DNA of 64,000 nucleotides, from positions 468-64,467 of the forward strand of contig JAZSIK010000003.1 of assembly GCA_045533775.1 (NCBI GenBank). The letters run 5' to 3'. Of the stretch, positions 50,339-60,741 are shown in pieces. A program made the translations under genes and the position numbers. Each line of letters starts with the position of its first letter. The first letter of the stretch is position 1. The stretch comes from Eubacteriales bacterium (GTDB taxonomy: Bacteria > Bacillota > Clostridia > Oscillospirales > CAG-272). The notes under the pieces are model-generated. The model was not told the origin of the DNA, searched no databases, and saw nothing but the letters and a program-made list of their open reading frames with translations.

Positions 50339-52885
50339 TTAGTCACCTAAGTTTCCCATATTTCCGTAGTAGGGAGGAGTTACAGTGTCGCTGTATGCAC
50401 TGCCCATACGGTAGATGTAAAGCTCGGTAAACTTAATGTTTGCATTGTTGTCAAATATTCTGATGTAATCAGAGTCGCCGTATCTGGGATAGATTCTTGT
50501 TGTATAGCTGATAACGCCGTCAACATAAACCTCTAACATAGAACGGTCTAAGAGAATGGTCACCTCGTACTCGTTCTTTACGCGGTCCCAGTTATGGCTG
50601 GGCTGACGGTTTACATAGTCAAGCAGCGAGGACTGGTTTCTCTCAACCAGGACGCCTGTGTTGGAGAATCTGATCTCACTTCTCTCTGTTCTGCCGTCAA
50701 TATTGTTGGGGTTGAATCTTACGAAGATGCCCGCAGAGTACTCGGGGCTTGTGGGAGCGAGCTCAATCTTTGCTCTGATCTCCAGCATATCGCCGCGGAT
50801 ATCCGAGATCTCGCTGTTGATCTCGTCTGCAGTCTTGCCCTCTCCGCTGTAAGAGTAAAGCACCTCGTCTCTGAGGCTCTCAATCTCCTTAACAGGCTCG
50901 CGGATTACCTCGGTGCCGTCATCGGAGAGCCAGAGCTCAAGCGGAAATGCGAAGTTGTGCGCCCAGCCTGCGGTGTAGTTCTGCGCAGTGCCTGCGTCCT
51001 TACCCTGAGCAATGGCGTAGAGAATAGTTCTGCCCTGCTCGTAGGTCTTGCCTGCTGCTATATCCTCCTCGGTGAGGAAGCAGAAGCCGTTCTGACCTGT
51101 ATATACGCCTCTGCCCAGATCAAAGAGCTTAGGCTTGTCATCATCTGCAATAAATCTGCAGGTGGTCTTATCAAATGTACCTATCCAATAGTAGCACTCA
51201 ACGATGTAGCCGTCTACGGTGTACTGAGGACAGTCAAAGAGGATGTACTTTGTCTGGGATCCGTCCTTTGTGCTGATGGGCAGCATTACAACGCACTCCC
51301 AATGGGCGCCCTGCTCAGGGTATTTGCCATAGTCACACTGATACAGGTAGCCTCGGTGATCCCACTCTCTCATATTCTCGGAGGTGTAGACAACTGCAGA
51401 GCCGCCCGCGCCGGGAATAGAGGTGGATACCATCATATAATATGTTCCGTCGTCATACCAAACGAAGGGATCGCGGAACTGCTCTCTCTCACCCTGGGTA
51501 TTATCGTTGGGCTGAGTGATAACCAGCTTATCCTCAACTACCCAGTCAACAAGGTAGGGATCGTTGGGGTCTGCCGCGTGGGCGAACGCCACATTCTGTC
51601 CGCCGTGTTTGGGATTACCGTACAGATTTGTACCCGCTGTAATTGCCAGCCAGGGTGTGCCGTCGGGACCTATGCAAGCGCCACCCGTCCAGATACCCTC
51701 GGGACAGATGCCCGCGGTAGGAACGACTGCGTCCTTAACATACTCCCAGTGAACCATATCCTTACTTACGATATGCGCCCAACGGATCTGTGACCAGTAG
51801 GGGCCCGCGGGGTTGTGCTGATAGAACACGTGGTACATACCCTTGTAGTAGAAGGGAGAATGAGGCTCATTCATCCATACTGCAGGAGGCAGTGCGTGAT
51901 ACTGGGGACGGTAGCGGTCTCCCTCGTAAACCGAGGAATCAAGCGCGATGTCCTTCCAATCAAGCTGAGGATGCTCATCCTCTGTATCTGTGTCATTGTA
52001 GATCTCGCCGATCTCCTTGGGATCAAGGGCGGAGGAATATACCTGAACCTCGTCAAGAAGTCCCGAGATCATCTGTCTCCTGATACCGAACTCAATCTGA
52101 GGGCTTACATATGCACCTACACGGAGGGGCTCCTCGGTATAGATGATGCTGGTAGCCACAAGCTCGGGGATAATAGCCTCATATGCCTTCTCACCGTTAA
52201 AGAAAAGTCCGATATAGCCGGTCTTGCCGTCAAAGGAAACTGCAACGTGCGACCACTCGTAGAGAGGAAGCGCGTTGATCGGATCGTAGAAGCCGACTAC
52301 GAAGTCCTCGCCTGTTTCCTCGCTGTGAAGCGCGAGCTGGATACCCCAGAGACCAAGTCTGCCGTAGCCAAGCAGGAAGCCCTCGCACATCTCAATATCA
52401 CCCTTGTTGAGGATAGAGGTCATACGGGTATGTCCTGCGGCTTCAGATCCGCCGTCATAATAAACGATGTTCTCAAAAACTCTGGGTGCTACCCAGGCGG
52501 ACATTGTGAACGCCGTAGAGGGAGTCTCAAAATCTCTGTTTACGATATTGTTTGAGAAGCCGTCCATATAGAGAGCGTTGCCCTTTACACCGGGGCGTCT
52601 CAGAGGATCGTTGGGCTCCTTGAAGAGATCGGCAGCATTCTGCTCGTTAAACACATAGTTAATAGTGTAGTCGTTGCCGCTTACCGATTCCTTTGTAAGA
52701 CTGCCGGTGGCTTCGTCAAGCGAATAGTTAAGCACCAGGGTGCTCTTGCCCTCGTTATCTGTGCCGGAACCGTTTCCTGTGCCATCGCCGTTACCCGAGT
52801 TGTTCTGGGGCGGCTGGCAAGCCGAAACAGTGCTGACAAGCATAACCAAGAGTAAAAATAATGCTATAAGTCTGTTTAATTTCAT
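50339..52885 (-). CDS. Surface lipoprotein GH32 fructanase with N-terminal LamG/ConA-like domain and an endo-inulinase-like nucleophile motif
   Basis: Lipobox TVSAC. LamG-like region (GNALYMDGF...FTMSAWV...WSHVAVSFDG...GLLDEVQVYSSAL). GH32 motifs are WMNEPHS (Glu codon at 51866-51868), FRDPFV and HWECV. Confidence 0.8.
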   Translation of the reverse strand: MKLNRLIALFLLLVMLVSTVSACQPPQNNSGNGDGTGNGSGTDNEGKSTLVLNYSLDEATGSLTKESVSGNDYTINYVFNEQNAADLFKEPNDPLRRPGVKGNALYMDGFSNNIVNRDFETPSTAFTMSAWVAPRVFENIVYYDGGSEAAGHTRMTSILNKGDIEMCEGFLLGYGRLGLWGIQLALHSEETGEDFVVGFYDPINALPLYEWSHVAVSFDGKTGYIGLFFNGEKAYEAIIPELVATSIIYTEEPLRVGAYVSPQIEFGIRRQMISGLLDEVQVYSSALDPKEIGEIYNDTDTEDEHPQLDWKDIALDSSVYEGDRYRPQYHALPPAVWMNEPHSPFYYKGMYHVFYQHNPAGPYWSQIRWAHIVSKDMVHWEYVKDAVVPTAGICPEGIWTGGACIGPDGTPWLAITAGTNLYGNPKHGGQNVAFAHAADPNDPYLVDWVVEDKLVITQPNDNTQGEREQFRDPFVWYDDGTYYMMVSTSIPGAGGSAVVYTSENMREWDHRGYLYQCDYGKYPEQGAHWECVVMLPISTKDGSQTKYILFDCPQYTVDGYIVECYYWIGTFDKTTCRFIADDDKPKLFDLGRGVYTGQNGFCFLTEEDIAAGKTYEQGRTILYAIAQGKDAGTAQNYTAGWAHNFAFPLELWLSDDGTEVIREPVKEIESLRDEVLYSYSGEGKTADEINSEISDIRGDMLEIRAKIELAPTSPEYSAGIFVRFNPNNIDGRTERSEIRFSNTGVLVERNQSSLLDYVNRQPSHNWDRVKNEYEVTILLDRSMLEVYVDGVISYTTRIYPRYGDSDYIRIFDNNANIKFTELYIYRMGSAYSDTVTPPYYGNMGNLGD

Positions 52886-52891
52886 AAGTCC

Positions 52892-53809
52892 TCACATCTT
52901 CAGCCCGGATGTGCCAAAGCCTTGTACAATGTATTTTTGTGCCGCAACATAGGTTACGAAAATCGGTATACTCGTAATAACCAGCGATGCCATTATCTCA
53001 CCGGTGGTAATACCTTCAATGCTCTTTATTGTTATGAGTGCTGTCTGTATAGGTAAGAGCGACCAGGATCCGTCGTCAGCAGCCGGCAGTATCATTGACG
53101 GCCAGAGATAATCGTTCCATACACCGATAAAGCAGAATACTGCTACGGTTGCAAGTATGGGCTTTGACAGAGGCATAATCACCTTGAAGAATACATCCAG
53201 CGTGTTTGCGCCGTCCATACGCGCAGCCTCCTCATACTCCTTGGGAATATTCTGGAAGAACTGCATAAACAGGAATATGTTGAATATACTGATCGCCGCA
53301 GGTAGAATAACGCCAAGCACCGACATCTGCTGCTTTAACCCAAGCATTATTTTAACGATTGAGTAAAGAGGGATGATTGAGGTCTCAACGGGTACGACGA
53401 TCAGGAAAATGATCATAAAGGACAACAGCCTCTTACCGGGGAAGGTAAGCTTTGCCATAGCGTATCCTGCAAGACCGTTGATAAGTATGTTAAGCACTAT
53501 AACGATCGCCGCGTAGATAAAGCTGTTAAGCGCATATTTCCATATGTCGTAATTTACCAGAACGCTCTCGTAGTTATCAAAGGCAACTCCCAGATTAGCA
53601 AAGTCGGGCAGGAACATATTAAGCGTTCCCACGCTCTCTGCGTATGAGGACTCGCCCTTGGTGGAGGTAGCCAGCATATAAAGTATGGGCAGTATAAATA
53701 TTAAGGATAAAACTATTCCGACAATGTAATAGATGACCTCTTTCACGGTCTTCTTGACGGGTGTTTTATTCGGTCTGAAATTAGGTAATTCTTTTATACG
53801 TTCGTCCAT
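52892..53809 (-). CDS. Carbohydrate ABC transporter permease (MalG-like)
   Basis: 6 TM, EAA-loop motif EYEEAARMDGANTLDVFFKVIMPL. Confidence 0.85.
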   Translation of the reverse strand: MDERIKELPNFRPNKTPVKKTVKEVIYYIVGIVLSLIFILPILYMLATSTKGESSYAESVGTLNMFLPDFANLGVAFDNYESVLVNYDIWKYALNSFIYAAIVIVLNILINGLAGYAMAKLTFPGKRLLSFMIIFLIVVPVETSIIPLYSIVKIMLGLKQQMSVLGVILPAAISIFNIFLFMQFFQNIPKEYEEAARMDGANTLDVFFKVIMPLSKPILATVAVFCFIGVWNDYLWPSMILPAADDGSWSLLPIQTALITIKSIEGITTGEIMASLVITSIPIFVTYVAAQKYIVQGFGTSGLKM

Positions 53810-53810
53810 A

Positions 53811-54782
53811 TTACTTCTCCCTGAACATTCTGCGCTGTATAAGCGTTACGCCACCGATGAATATAGTCATAAGCAGTGCAACTGCCGAGGACTCACCTAC
53901 CCAACGCTCGGTATAACCGCTGTTATACATATAGTAGGACAATGTTACCGTATGGCTCATATATCCCGTCATCAGCATAGGCTGAGTAAGTATTCTGCAG
54001 GCACCGATGAACACGGTGATAAGTATGTATACAAAGGTGGAGCGGAGTCCGACCCAGGTAACATTCCAGAACTTGTGCCAACCGTTTGCTCCGTCAAGGG
54101 ATGCTGCCTCGTACAGATCCTTTCTGATATTGGAAAGACCTGAGAGGAAGATCAGCATCTGATATCCGCAGCCCTGCCATGCGCTGAGCACTATGATACA
54201 GGGCATCGCCGTCTCGGGATCACGAAGCCAGTCGTGAGGAGGAACGCCGAACATAGCCAAAAGCGAGTTCAGCAGGCCGCCCTCACCGGGAGCCAGGATC
54301 TGTTCCCACAGGAACGCCGTGACAGACAGCGAGATTACAACGGGAGCGAAGAAGCAAACCTTGAATATCTTACTTCCGAAGCAGGGGCGGTTTACAAAGA
54401 GGGCAAGCGCAAGGGCAAGTCCGATCTGTAAGGGCACGACTCCCACAACGAAGGTTATGGTATTGATTATGGCGTTATAGAGCATTCCCTTAGCCGAGAT
54501 CTCTTTGAACAGCTCGGCAAAATTGTCAAGGAATACAAAGTTTATTTCATTGGGTCTGAGCAGATAGTAGTCGGTAAACGCGTAGCCTAACGAATATAAT
54601 ATAGGTAATAATATAAACAGGAAGGCAAGGCCCACCGCAGGCAGCAGCATAAGATACGCCGTCACCGTGGATTTTGCTCTGTAGACCTCCTTGTGCTTCT
54701 TTGCCGTGGCAAGGTCGTAGATGACAAAGCCGGCAAAGGCACAGGCGAACAATCCTAAAATTATTAATGAAGTTGTAGTCAT
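53811..54782 (-). CDS. Carbohydrate ABC transporter permease (MalF/UgpA-like)
   Basis: 6 TM, EAA-loop motif LYEAASLDGANGWHKFWNVTW. Confidence 0.85.
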   Translation of the reverse strand: MTTTSLIILGLFACAFAGFVIYDLATAKKHKEVYRAKSTVTAYLMLLPAVGLAFLFILLPILYSLGYAFTDYYLLRPNEINFVFLDNFAELFKEISAKGMLYNAIINTITFVVGVVPLQIGLALALALFVNRPCFGSKIFKVCFFAPVVISLSVTAFLWEQILAPGEGGLLNSLLAMFGVPPHDWLRDPETAMPCIIVLSAWQGCGYQMLIFLSGLSNIRKDLYEAASLDGANGWHKFWNVTWVGLRSTFVYILITVFIGACRILTQPMLMTGYMSHTVTLSYYMYNSGYTERWVGESSAVALLMTIFIGGVTLIQRRMFREK

Positions 54783-54812
54783 TTTTTCATTTAGTCGGTT
54801 TGTTTGGTCGGT

Positions 54813-56144
54813 TTATTTTTTAACCTTATCCATTGCATCCTGCAATGTGTTTGTTGCATTGTTGAGAAGGTCCTCTACTCTGCCGTTGCCGAGACCGTAG
54901 ATGATCTGGTTGAAGGTGGTGGAGAAGGTGGGATATGCAACGGTTACGGGACGCTCTCTGCCGCTGAGCTCAAGCTGCTTGAGAAGAGTGTACTCGGGAG
55001 AGCCTACCTCGTAATTCTTAACCACGTCTCTGCGGGCGGGGATCATACCTGTTGCGGTGGTGATAGCCTCAGAGCTCTCTGCGGAGGTCATCCACTTAAG
55101 AAGCTCAAGAGTTGCGGTCTTGTCGCTGTGGTGGTTGTTGGTGATCGCGTAGGACCAGCTACCTGTTGCACTTGCTGCCTCAGCGCCCTTGGGATAAGGA
55201 AGCAGACCCCAGTCATCGCGGGATGCGAACTGATCTCTGTACTTGTTATCAAGATCGGGAATAGTCCAACCGGAGGAGAGGTACATACCAACCTTGCCGG
55301 TGAAGAAGTCGGTTGCACCGATGGAGTAGGAGGTGTAGCCGGAGGTGATCAGATCCTTGAGGAACTGGAAGCCGCGAGCGGTCTCGGTGGAGTTGTAATA
55401 GCCTCTTGCAGTATAGCCGTCAGCAGAAACAAACTCGCCGCCTGCCGCGTAGATGAAGGGATAGAGGAGGTAGGGCGCGGTCTCGTCCTTGGTAGCGTCA
55501 AGACGCATATCTACCGCATACTCAACGCCGTGTGCCTTAAGTCTTGCACATACATCCTTGAACTGCTCAAAGGTCCAGGGATTCTCTGCGGTGTAGCCGC
55601 TTACATCAATGCCTGCCGCACGGAAGATCTTCTTGTTGTAGAAGAAGCCTGCGCTGGACTCCTGGATGGGAAGACCGTAGAGTCTGCCGTTGTACATATT
55701 GAGAGAGAAGAACTTATCCTGCTCCTCTGCGGAAATAAGGTCGGTGATATCATAGAGCAGACCTGCGCTTGCGTATGCAGCGGTGTTGGGTGCGTCAAAG
55801 GTGATGATATCTGCCAGAGTGCCCTCAATCTTGTTGTTCTGAAGCTCGGTCTCATAGCCGGAAGCACCTGCGGAACGAGCCTTGAAAATAGCCTGAGCCT
55901 TAATCTTCTGATCCTTGTAGGCTGCGTTAAACGCCTGGATTCTCTTCTGATAAGCCTGACCCTCGGTGGAGGACTTATCAACGTGGAACATGATCTTTAC
56001 GATGGTGTTGCCTTCTGCATCGGTAGCGGGAGCATCGCCACCTGCGCCGCCTGCTCCGCCGTTGTCATCAACGCACGCGGTCATACCGAATAACATAATT
56101 ACCGCAAGTAAAAGTGAAGTAATTGAGGTTAAAATCTTTTTCAT
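54813..56144 (-). CDS. Carbohydrate ABC transporter substrate-binding lipoprotein
   Basis: ATG 56144 follows AAGGAGA, lipobox FGMTAC, family-1 solute-binding protein length and composition. Confidence 0.85.
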   Translation of the reverse strand: MKKILTSITSLLLAVIMLFGMTACVDDNGGAGGAGGDAPATDAEGNTIVKIMFHVDKSSTEGQAYQKRIQAFNAAYKDQKIKAQAIFKARSAGASGYETELQNNKIEGTLADIITFDAPNTAAYASAGLLYDITDLISAEEQDKFFSLNMYNGRLYGLPIQESSAGFFYNKKIFRAAGIDVSGYTAENPWTFEQFKDVCARLKAHGVEYAVDMRLDATKDETAPYLLYPFIYAAGGEFVSADGYTARGYYNSTETARGFQFLKDLITSGYTSYSIGATDFFTGKVGMYLSSGWTIPDLDNKYRDQFASRDDWGLLPYPKGAEAASATGSWSYAITNNHHSDKTATLELLKWMTSAESSEAITTATGMIPARRDVVKNYEVGSPEYTLLKQLELSGRERPVTVAYPTFSTTFNQIIYGLGNGRVEDLLNNATNTLQDAMDKVKK

Positions 56145-56199
56145 TTTCTTTCTCCTTACATACAACTCTTAGTTGTTTATTTTTATTTTTTATTATTTC

Positions 56200-57168
56200 T
56201 TACTTAGTGGTTGTGCCGAGCACAAACTGTGTTTTCAGCACCGTTCTCTGACAGGTCTGCTCACCGTGTATCTTCTTGATGAGCAATCTTACTACCTGTC
56301 TTGCCATTTCCTCAATGGGCTGCTCAACGCTGGTGATGTTGCTGATGCCCCACTGCTTGAAAATGCCGTCGTAGGAAACGATCTGAAGATCATCGGGGAT
56401 TTTTATACCCCGCTTTGTCGCTGCCTCATAGAAATATTGAGACAGAGTGTATCCCGAGACAAAGACACCGTCTGCATCGGGATGCTTTTCCATAAAGTCC
56501 GCAACAACGCTCGTCTCGTCGCCGTGCTGGATTACTTTATTGACTACGCGAGGGGTCATACCGTATTCTTCCATAGTGTCAAGGTATGCGCGCTCCCTCT
56601 CCAGAACCTCTGATGCCACAAGCGGCTTTGAGCCGATAAAGCCCAGCCTCTTCGCGCCGCGCTCAATCATAAAGCTCAGCGCCTTTTTAGTAGCGTCGTA
56701 GTTGTCGCTTGTAACGTAGGGGATATTCTCGCCAAAGGTTCTGTCTATTGAAACGATGGGACAGCCGCGGAGCTCCTCCTCCTCGTGCATATAGTGGGTA
56801 ACGAAAACTGCTCCGTCAACCTCTCTCTGCTTGATCTTGGTAATGATCTCGGCTTCCTTTTCAACCCTCTGCTGCGAGGAGACCAGGATCACCGAATAGC
56901 CAAAGCGGCTTGCCTCATCTTCTATATAATATGTAAGCTTTGCAAAGAAGGGGTGGTTTACGACGGGAACGAGGAGAGCGATGATTTTTGTCTCATTTTT
57001 TCTTAACCGAAACGCCATATTATTGCGCGAGTAGTTAAGCTCCCTCATCGCCTCCAGGACCTTTTTCCTGGTCTTTTCTCCCACCGACTTCTCGTTGTTG
57101 ATAACTCTTGATACCGTACCAACTCCGACGCCTGCATATTTTGCTACATCTTTAATTGTTGTTTCCAT
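56200..57168 (-). CDS. LacI-family transcriptional regulator
   Basis: N-terminal HTH TIKDVAKYAGVGVGTVSRVINN followed by a periplasmic-binding-protein-like sugar-binding core. Confidence 0.9.
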   Translation of the reverse strand: METTIKDVAKYAGVGVGTVSRVINNEKSVGEKTRKKVLEAMRELNYSRNNMAFRLRKNETKIIALLVPVVNHPFFAKLTYYIEDEASRFGYSVILVSSQQRVEKEAEIITKIKQREVDGAVFVTHYMHEEEELRGCPIVSIDRTFGENIPYVTSDNYDATKKALSFMIERGAKRLGFIGSKPLVASEVLERERAYLDTMEEYGMTPRVVNKVIQHGDETSVVADFMEKHPDADGVFVSGYTLSQYFYEAATKRGIKIPDDLQIVSYDGIFKQWGISNITSVEQPIEEMARQVVRLLIKKIHGEQTCQRTVLKTQFVLGTTTK

Positions 57169-57222
57169 AATATACCTCTCGGTTTAGGATTTCCGTTGGG
57201 TATTCAGCAAACACCCTTGCTG

Positions 57223-60200
57223 TCAATCAACGAGTGTTACAACGACCGTTTTTTCTCCATTGATTATAATTTCATTCGTGTCTGCTGTTAAAAGCTCTTC
57301 TCCGATTATCAGCATATAGTTCTCTACTCTGTACTGCTCCTCGGTAAGAGCTGTGCCGTTAAGCTTCACAGAGCCTACCTCCACGTTTCCGAGGTAGATG
57401 ACTGCGTTGCAGCCTCTCTGAAGCGTGAGATCCTTAAGAGTTGTCTCGGTCACTGCAGTCACATCTACTGTGAACTCATATGCACCGAAGCCGCTGTACG
57501 CCTTGAAGGTGTAGCTGCCCACCGGCAGAAGCTCAAAGTATGTGGCGTCTATCACGAGATTTCTGCCCTCTGTCTTATAGAAAGCTCTGTCAACCTTTGT
57601 ATTTGCCAGGGTCTTGTTGTAGAGGGCGGTGATCATCTGCTTGGAGTCGCCCGCAACGGTCAGACTGCCTGTGCCGTTATAAGTGTATTTATCTTTGAAG
57701 TTTGTAACCGACTTGAAGGTTGCGGTACCCGAATAGATATTCAGACCAAGCAGACCCTCGGTGGGCTCGCTCTCGCTCAGCACGGTGTCAATAACCAATC
57801 TGCCGTTGATATAAGCCTTGATAGAGGAGCCGGTGGCATCTACTCTCAATACGATGTTGCTTGTGTTAACGTCGGGTGCTGCCGCTCTCGCGATCTCACC
57901 TCTGGGCGACCACATCTTAACTACCTTCTCGTTGTTGTCGTAGTTGAAGATGATATAATCGCTCATATCCTCGGTCGCTCTGAAGATGAACGCCGCAGCA
58001 ACCGCCTCAAGGGAGAAGGATACCGAGCATCTGAAGTCGGATGCGCTCTTGCTTGAGAGAAGGTAGCCGTCGCCTGCGGGGCTGATCGCAACGATCTCAG
58101 AGCCCTTTGCGATCCAGTTACCCGAGATAATGCCGTCGGCGGTGAATGGGATCTCGCTCTCGGGGTCGCTCTCGTGTACTGTCACGTCAATAACCTTTTT
58201 CTGATTTCCGCAGGTGGCGATGAGAGTTGCCTTACCTGCCTTAAGAGTCTTAACCTTAACTCCGCCTGTGATGTTTTCAAGAGCAACCACATCCTCGCCT
58301 GCCGCAAGTGTCCAGAGGATCTCCTGACCGGAGGTGGAATATGCGGTCACCTGCTTCTCGGTTGCAAGAGAGGTGTCAAGCTCAATCGCCTCGTCGCTGA
58401 TGTAAAGAACGGTCTCGCCGTCTACGACCTCGCCTGTGCGCCATACGGATGCGATCTCATTGAGCTCAAGATTCTTCACCGTAGCCTCGCCGCCAACCGA
58501 CAGCTCTGCCTTCACCGAGTAGGGTGATGCAAGGGTCAGTACGAAGAAGGGGATCTTGAAGTCGTCGCAGAATACCTCAACGCCGCCGTTATCGGAAAGG
58601 ATGTAGAAGTCCTGAGCGCCGAAATCTCTGGGGCCGGAGGTAAACTTGAAGTGATAATCTCTGATACTGAGACCTGCGGAGGAGGTGAATCTACGGTCTA
58701 CATAGTAGCCGTCATCCTTGTTCCAGCCGATCTCGGTGTACTCATCAGCGCTGACATTGATCTTGAGGGAAATGGGCTCATTGTTCGGGTTGTCAATGCT
58801 GAGAAGCATTTCAAATATATGTGTATTCACATCAGCAAGAAGATTCTCGCTGTTCTTGTCAATCTTTATATCCTTGATAGTGAGGAGATTCTCCTTATCA
58901 AAGGCTGTGCTGTCCTTGGTGATGGGAGTCTGGGTAAGTCTGTATCCGTCACCGTCTTTAGCAAGTCCGTATATAACGGGAATAGTCATACCGCTACCGT
59001 TCCAGATCTTTCTCGCATTTGCGTAAATGCCGCTGTCGGTATCTGCGGGAACGCCTGCAAACCAGTGGATAGCTACGGTCTTGCCGAAGTAGTCGCTCTG
59101 CTCATCTCTGATGCTGAAGGTCTGTGCCGCGTAGGAATCGGGACCGAAGTCCATTCTCTGAATGTCAGAGGGATCAATTGCGCCGCCGTCCTTGTCGGTG
59201 AATACGATGGAGTTGCCGTCGTAATTCAGATGACCTACTATGTACTCTCTGGAGGTCAGGGTCATAACGTTGAACACCTTGCCGTCGTCGGCGGTCAATG
59301 TCAGAACGTCGGGACACTCGGGAACGTTGATAGCGTACTGACCTGCATAGGACCAATCCCAGAGGTTAGTGGACTTCAAGAACCATACTCTGTTCTCCTG
59401 CTGGCCTGTGAGAGCCATACCCCAGGCGGTAGTCTTGCCGTTTTCATCGGTCGCTACGGGGAATACCTTGGGGTCACGGCAGGCAACCTTGTGGAAGATG
59501 CCGTCAATACCCGTCGCCACATCCTGAGGAATGAGCTTACGCTTTGTCCAGGTCATACCGCCGTCATCACTTGACATGATCATCTGGTCCTGTCTGCCAC
59601 CGTCACGGGTGTAGAAGGCGATAATGCCGTTGCCCTCGCCATTCGGGAACCAGTTGAAGCTGTCAATAGTCGCGCTGTCACCCTTTCTGTACTCATAAGC
59701 AGAGCCCGACCACATATATCCTGCGCCCTCGCCCCAATCCTCATCGGGGAAGAGACAGATGGGAAGCAGCTCCCAATGTGCCAGGTCCTTACTTCTTGCG
59801 TGACCCCAGTACATATCGCCCCAATAGTTGTTATAGGGGTGGTGCTGGTAGTACAGGTGATAGTAGCCGTCGTAATAAATCAGACCGTTAGGGTCGTTGT
59901 TCCAGTGTGCGTACTGGGAGAAGTGATACTGGTTACGGTAGAGCTCGGTGTAGAAGGAATAGTCGCTCTTGCCGTAATAGATGCTGTCAAACTTAACCTT
60001 GGAGCTGAAGCAGTTGAAGCCAAGCTTACCGCCCTCGTAGGTTACATCCTCGGGCAGCTTCTCAAGAGAGTTAAGCTCTATTGTTCTGTCAATGCCGAAT
60101 CTGCGGATGTTATCTGCATAGAACTCTGCGTATACGCCATCCTCCTCGGGAGTGATAACCACCTTGAGCTGAACCTTCTCAATGTGAGCCACCTTAGAGC

Positions 60201-60741
60201 CTACAAGGCGTCTTTCGCTATCGGTCATCTTGTCGTTACCGATAAAGTAGTCGGTCAGAAGCTCTGTGGCGGTAGTCTTACCGTCAGATACGCTGAAGTA
60301 AAGCAGCTTTACCAGATTGGCAGCTCTGTCCACGTTGAATACCCAGTAGTGAGAGCCGTCCTCTGCGCCGAAAGCAAGGCCTGCCGCTACGCCGTTTTCA
60401 AAGGAAACCATTGCGGTATAAACAAATCTTTCGTCTGTGCCGTAGGTTACCTCGGAGAGATTAAAGCTGTCGCCGCCGCTCTCCATAGTCACATTGCTTG
60501 CGATCTCCTCGTAGTCGGTGACATCCTCAAACGTAACATCGCTGCTGTCAGAGCCGACCTGTGAGCCTACCTCCTTATCCACCGCGCCAATGTCGGTGCT
60601 TGTTAAACTGTTGGATGCATCAGCCCCACCGTTCTTTGCATCGGTATTCTCAGCCGAGCCGCCGGTAAAGCTGCACGCTACTAATGAAAAACTCATGATG
60701 ACAATCAATGTCAAGCATAGGATCTTGTTCCAAGTCTTCAT
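57223..60741 (-). CDS. 1172-aa surface lipoprotein GH32 fructanase with accessory beta-sandwich and Ig-like (Big_2-like) domains
   Basis: Lipobox FSLVAC. GH32 motifs WNNDPNG, CRDPKV and PECPD. Big_2-like segment (VKVKTLKAGKATLIATCGNQKKVIDVTV). A LamG/CBM-like domain near aa 860-1000. Confidence 0.85.
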   Translation of the reverse strand: MKTWNKILCLTLIVIMSFSLVACSFTGGSAENTDAKNGGADASNSLTSTDIGAVDKEVGSQVGSDSSDVTFEDVTDYEEIASNVTMESGGDSFNLSEVTYGTDERFVYTAMVSFENGVAAGLAFGAEDGSHYWVFNVDRAANLVKLLYFSVSDGKTTATELLTDYFIGNDKMTDSERRLVGSKVAHIEKVQLKVVITPEEDGVYAEFYADNIRRFGIDRTIELNSLEKLPEDVTYEGGKLGFNCFSSKVKFDSIYYGKSDYSFYTELYRNQYHFSQYAHWNNDPNGLIYYDGYYHLYYQHHPYNNYWGDMYWGHARSKDLAHWELLPICLFPDEDWGEGAGYMWSGSAYEYRKGDSATIDSFNWFPNGEGNGIIAFYTRDGGRQDQMIMSSDDGGMTWTKRKLIPQDVATGIDGIFHKVACRDPKVFPVATDENGKTTAWGMALTGQQENRVWFLKSTNLWDWSYAGQYAINVPECPDVLTLTADDGKVFNVMTLTSREYIVGHLNYDGNSIVFTDKDGGAIDPSDIQRMDFGPDSYAAQTFSIRDEQSDYFGKTVAIHWFAGVPADTDSGIYANARKIWNGSGMTIPVIYGLAKDGDGYRLTQTPITKDSTAFDKENLLTIKDIKIDKNSENLLADVNTHIFEMLLSIDNPNNEPISLKINVSADEYTEIGWNKDDGYYVDRRFTSSAGLSIRDYHFKFTSGPRDFGAQDFYILSDNGGVEVFCDDFKIPFFVLTLASPYSVKAELSVGGEATVKNLELNEIASVWRTGEVVDGETVLYISDEAIELDTSLATEKQVTAYSTSGQEILWTLAAGEDVVALENITGGVKVKTLKAGKATLIATCGNQKKVIDVTVHESDPESEIPFTADGIISGNWIAKGSEIVAISPAGDGYLLSSKSASDFRCSVSFSLEAVAAAFIFRATEDMSDYIIFNYDNNEKVVKMWSPRGEIARAAAPDVNTSNIVLRVDATGSSIKAYINGRLVIDTVLSESEPTEGLLGLNIYSGTATFKSVTNFKDKYTYNGTGSLTVAGDSKQMITALYNKTLANTKVDRAFYKTEGRNLVIDATYFELLPVGSYTFKAYSGFGAYEFTVDVTAVTETTLKDLTLQRGCNAVIYLGNVEVGSVKLNGTALTEEQYRVENYMLIIGEELLTADTNEIIINGEKTVVVTLVD

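Noticed and set aside
56170-56184. The palindrome ACAACTAAGAGTTGT, located approximately here and just upstream of the substrate-binding-protein RBS, as the LacI operator.
   Set aside because: It has only 6-bp arms and does not resemble the usual LacI/CcpA-type TGNAANCGNTTNCA core. I found no second copy elsewhere in the locus, so the evidence is too weak to annotate.
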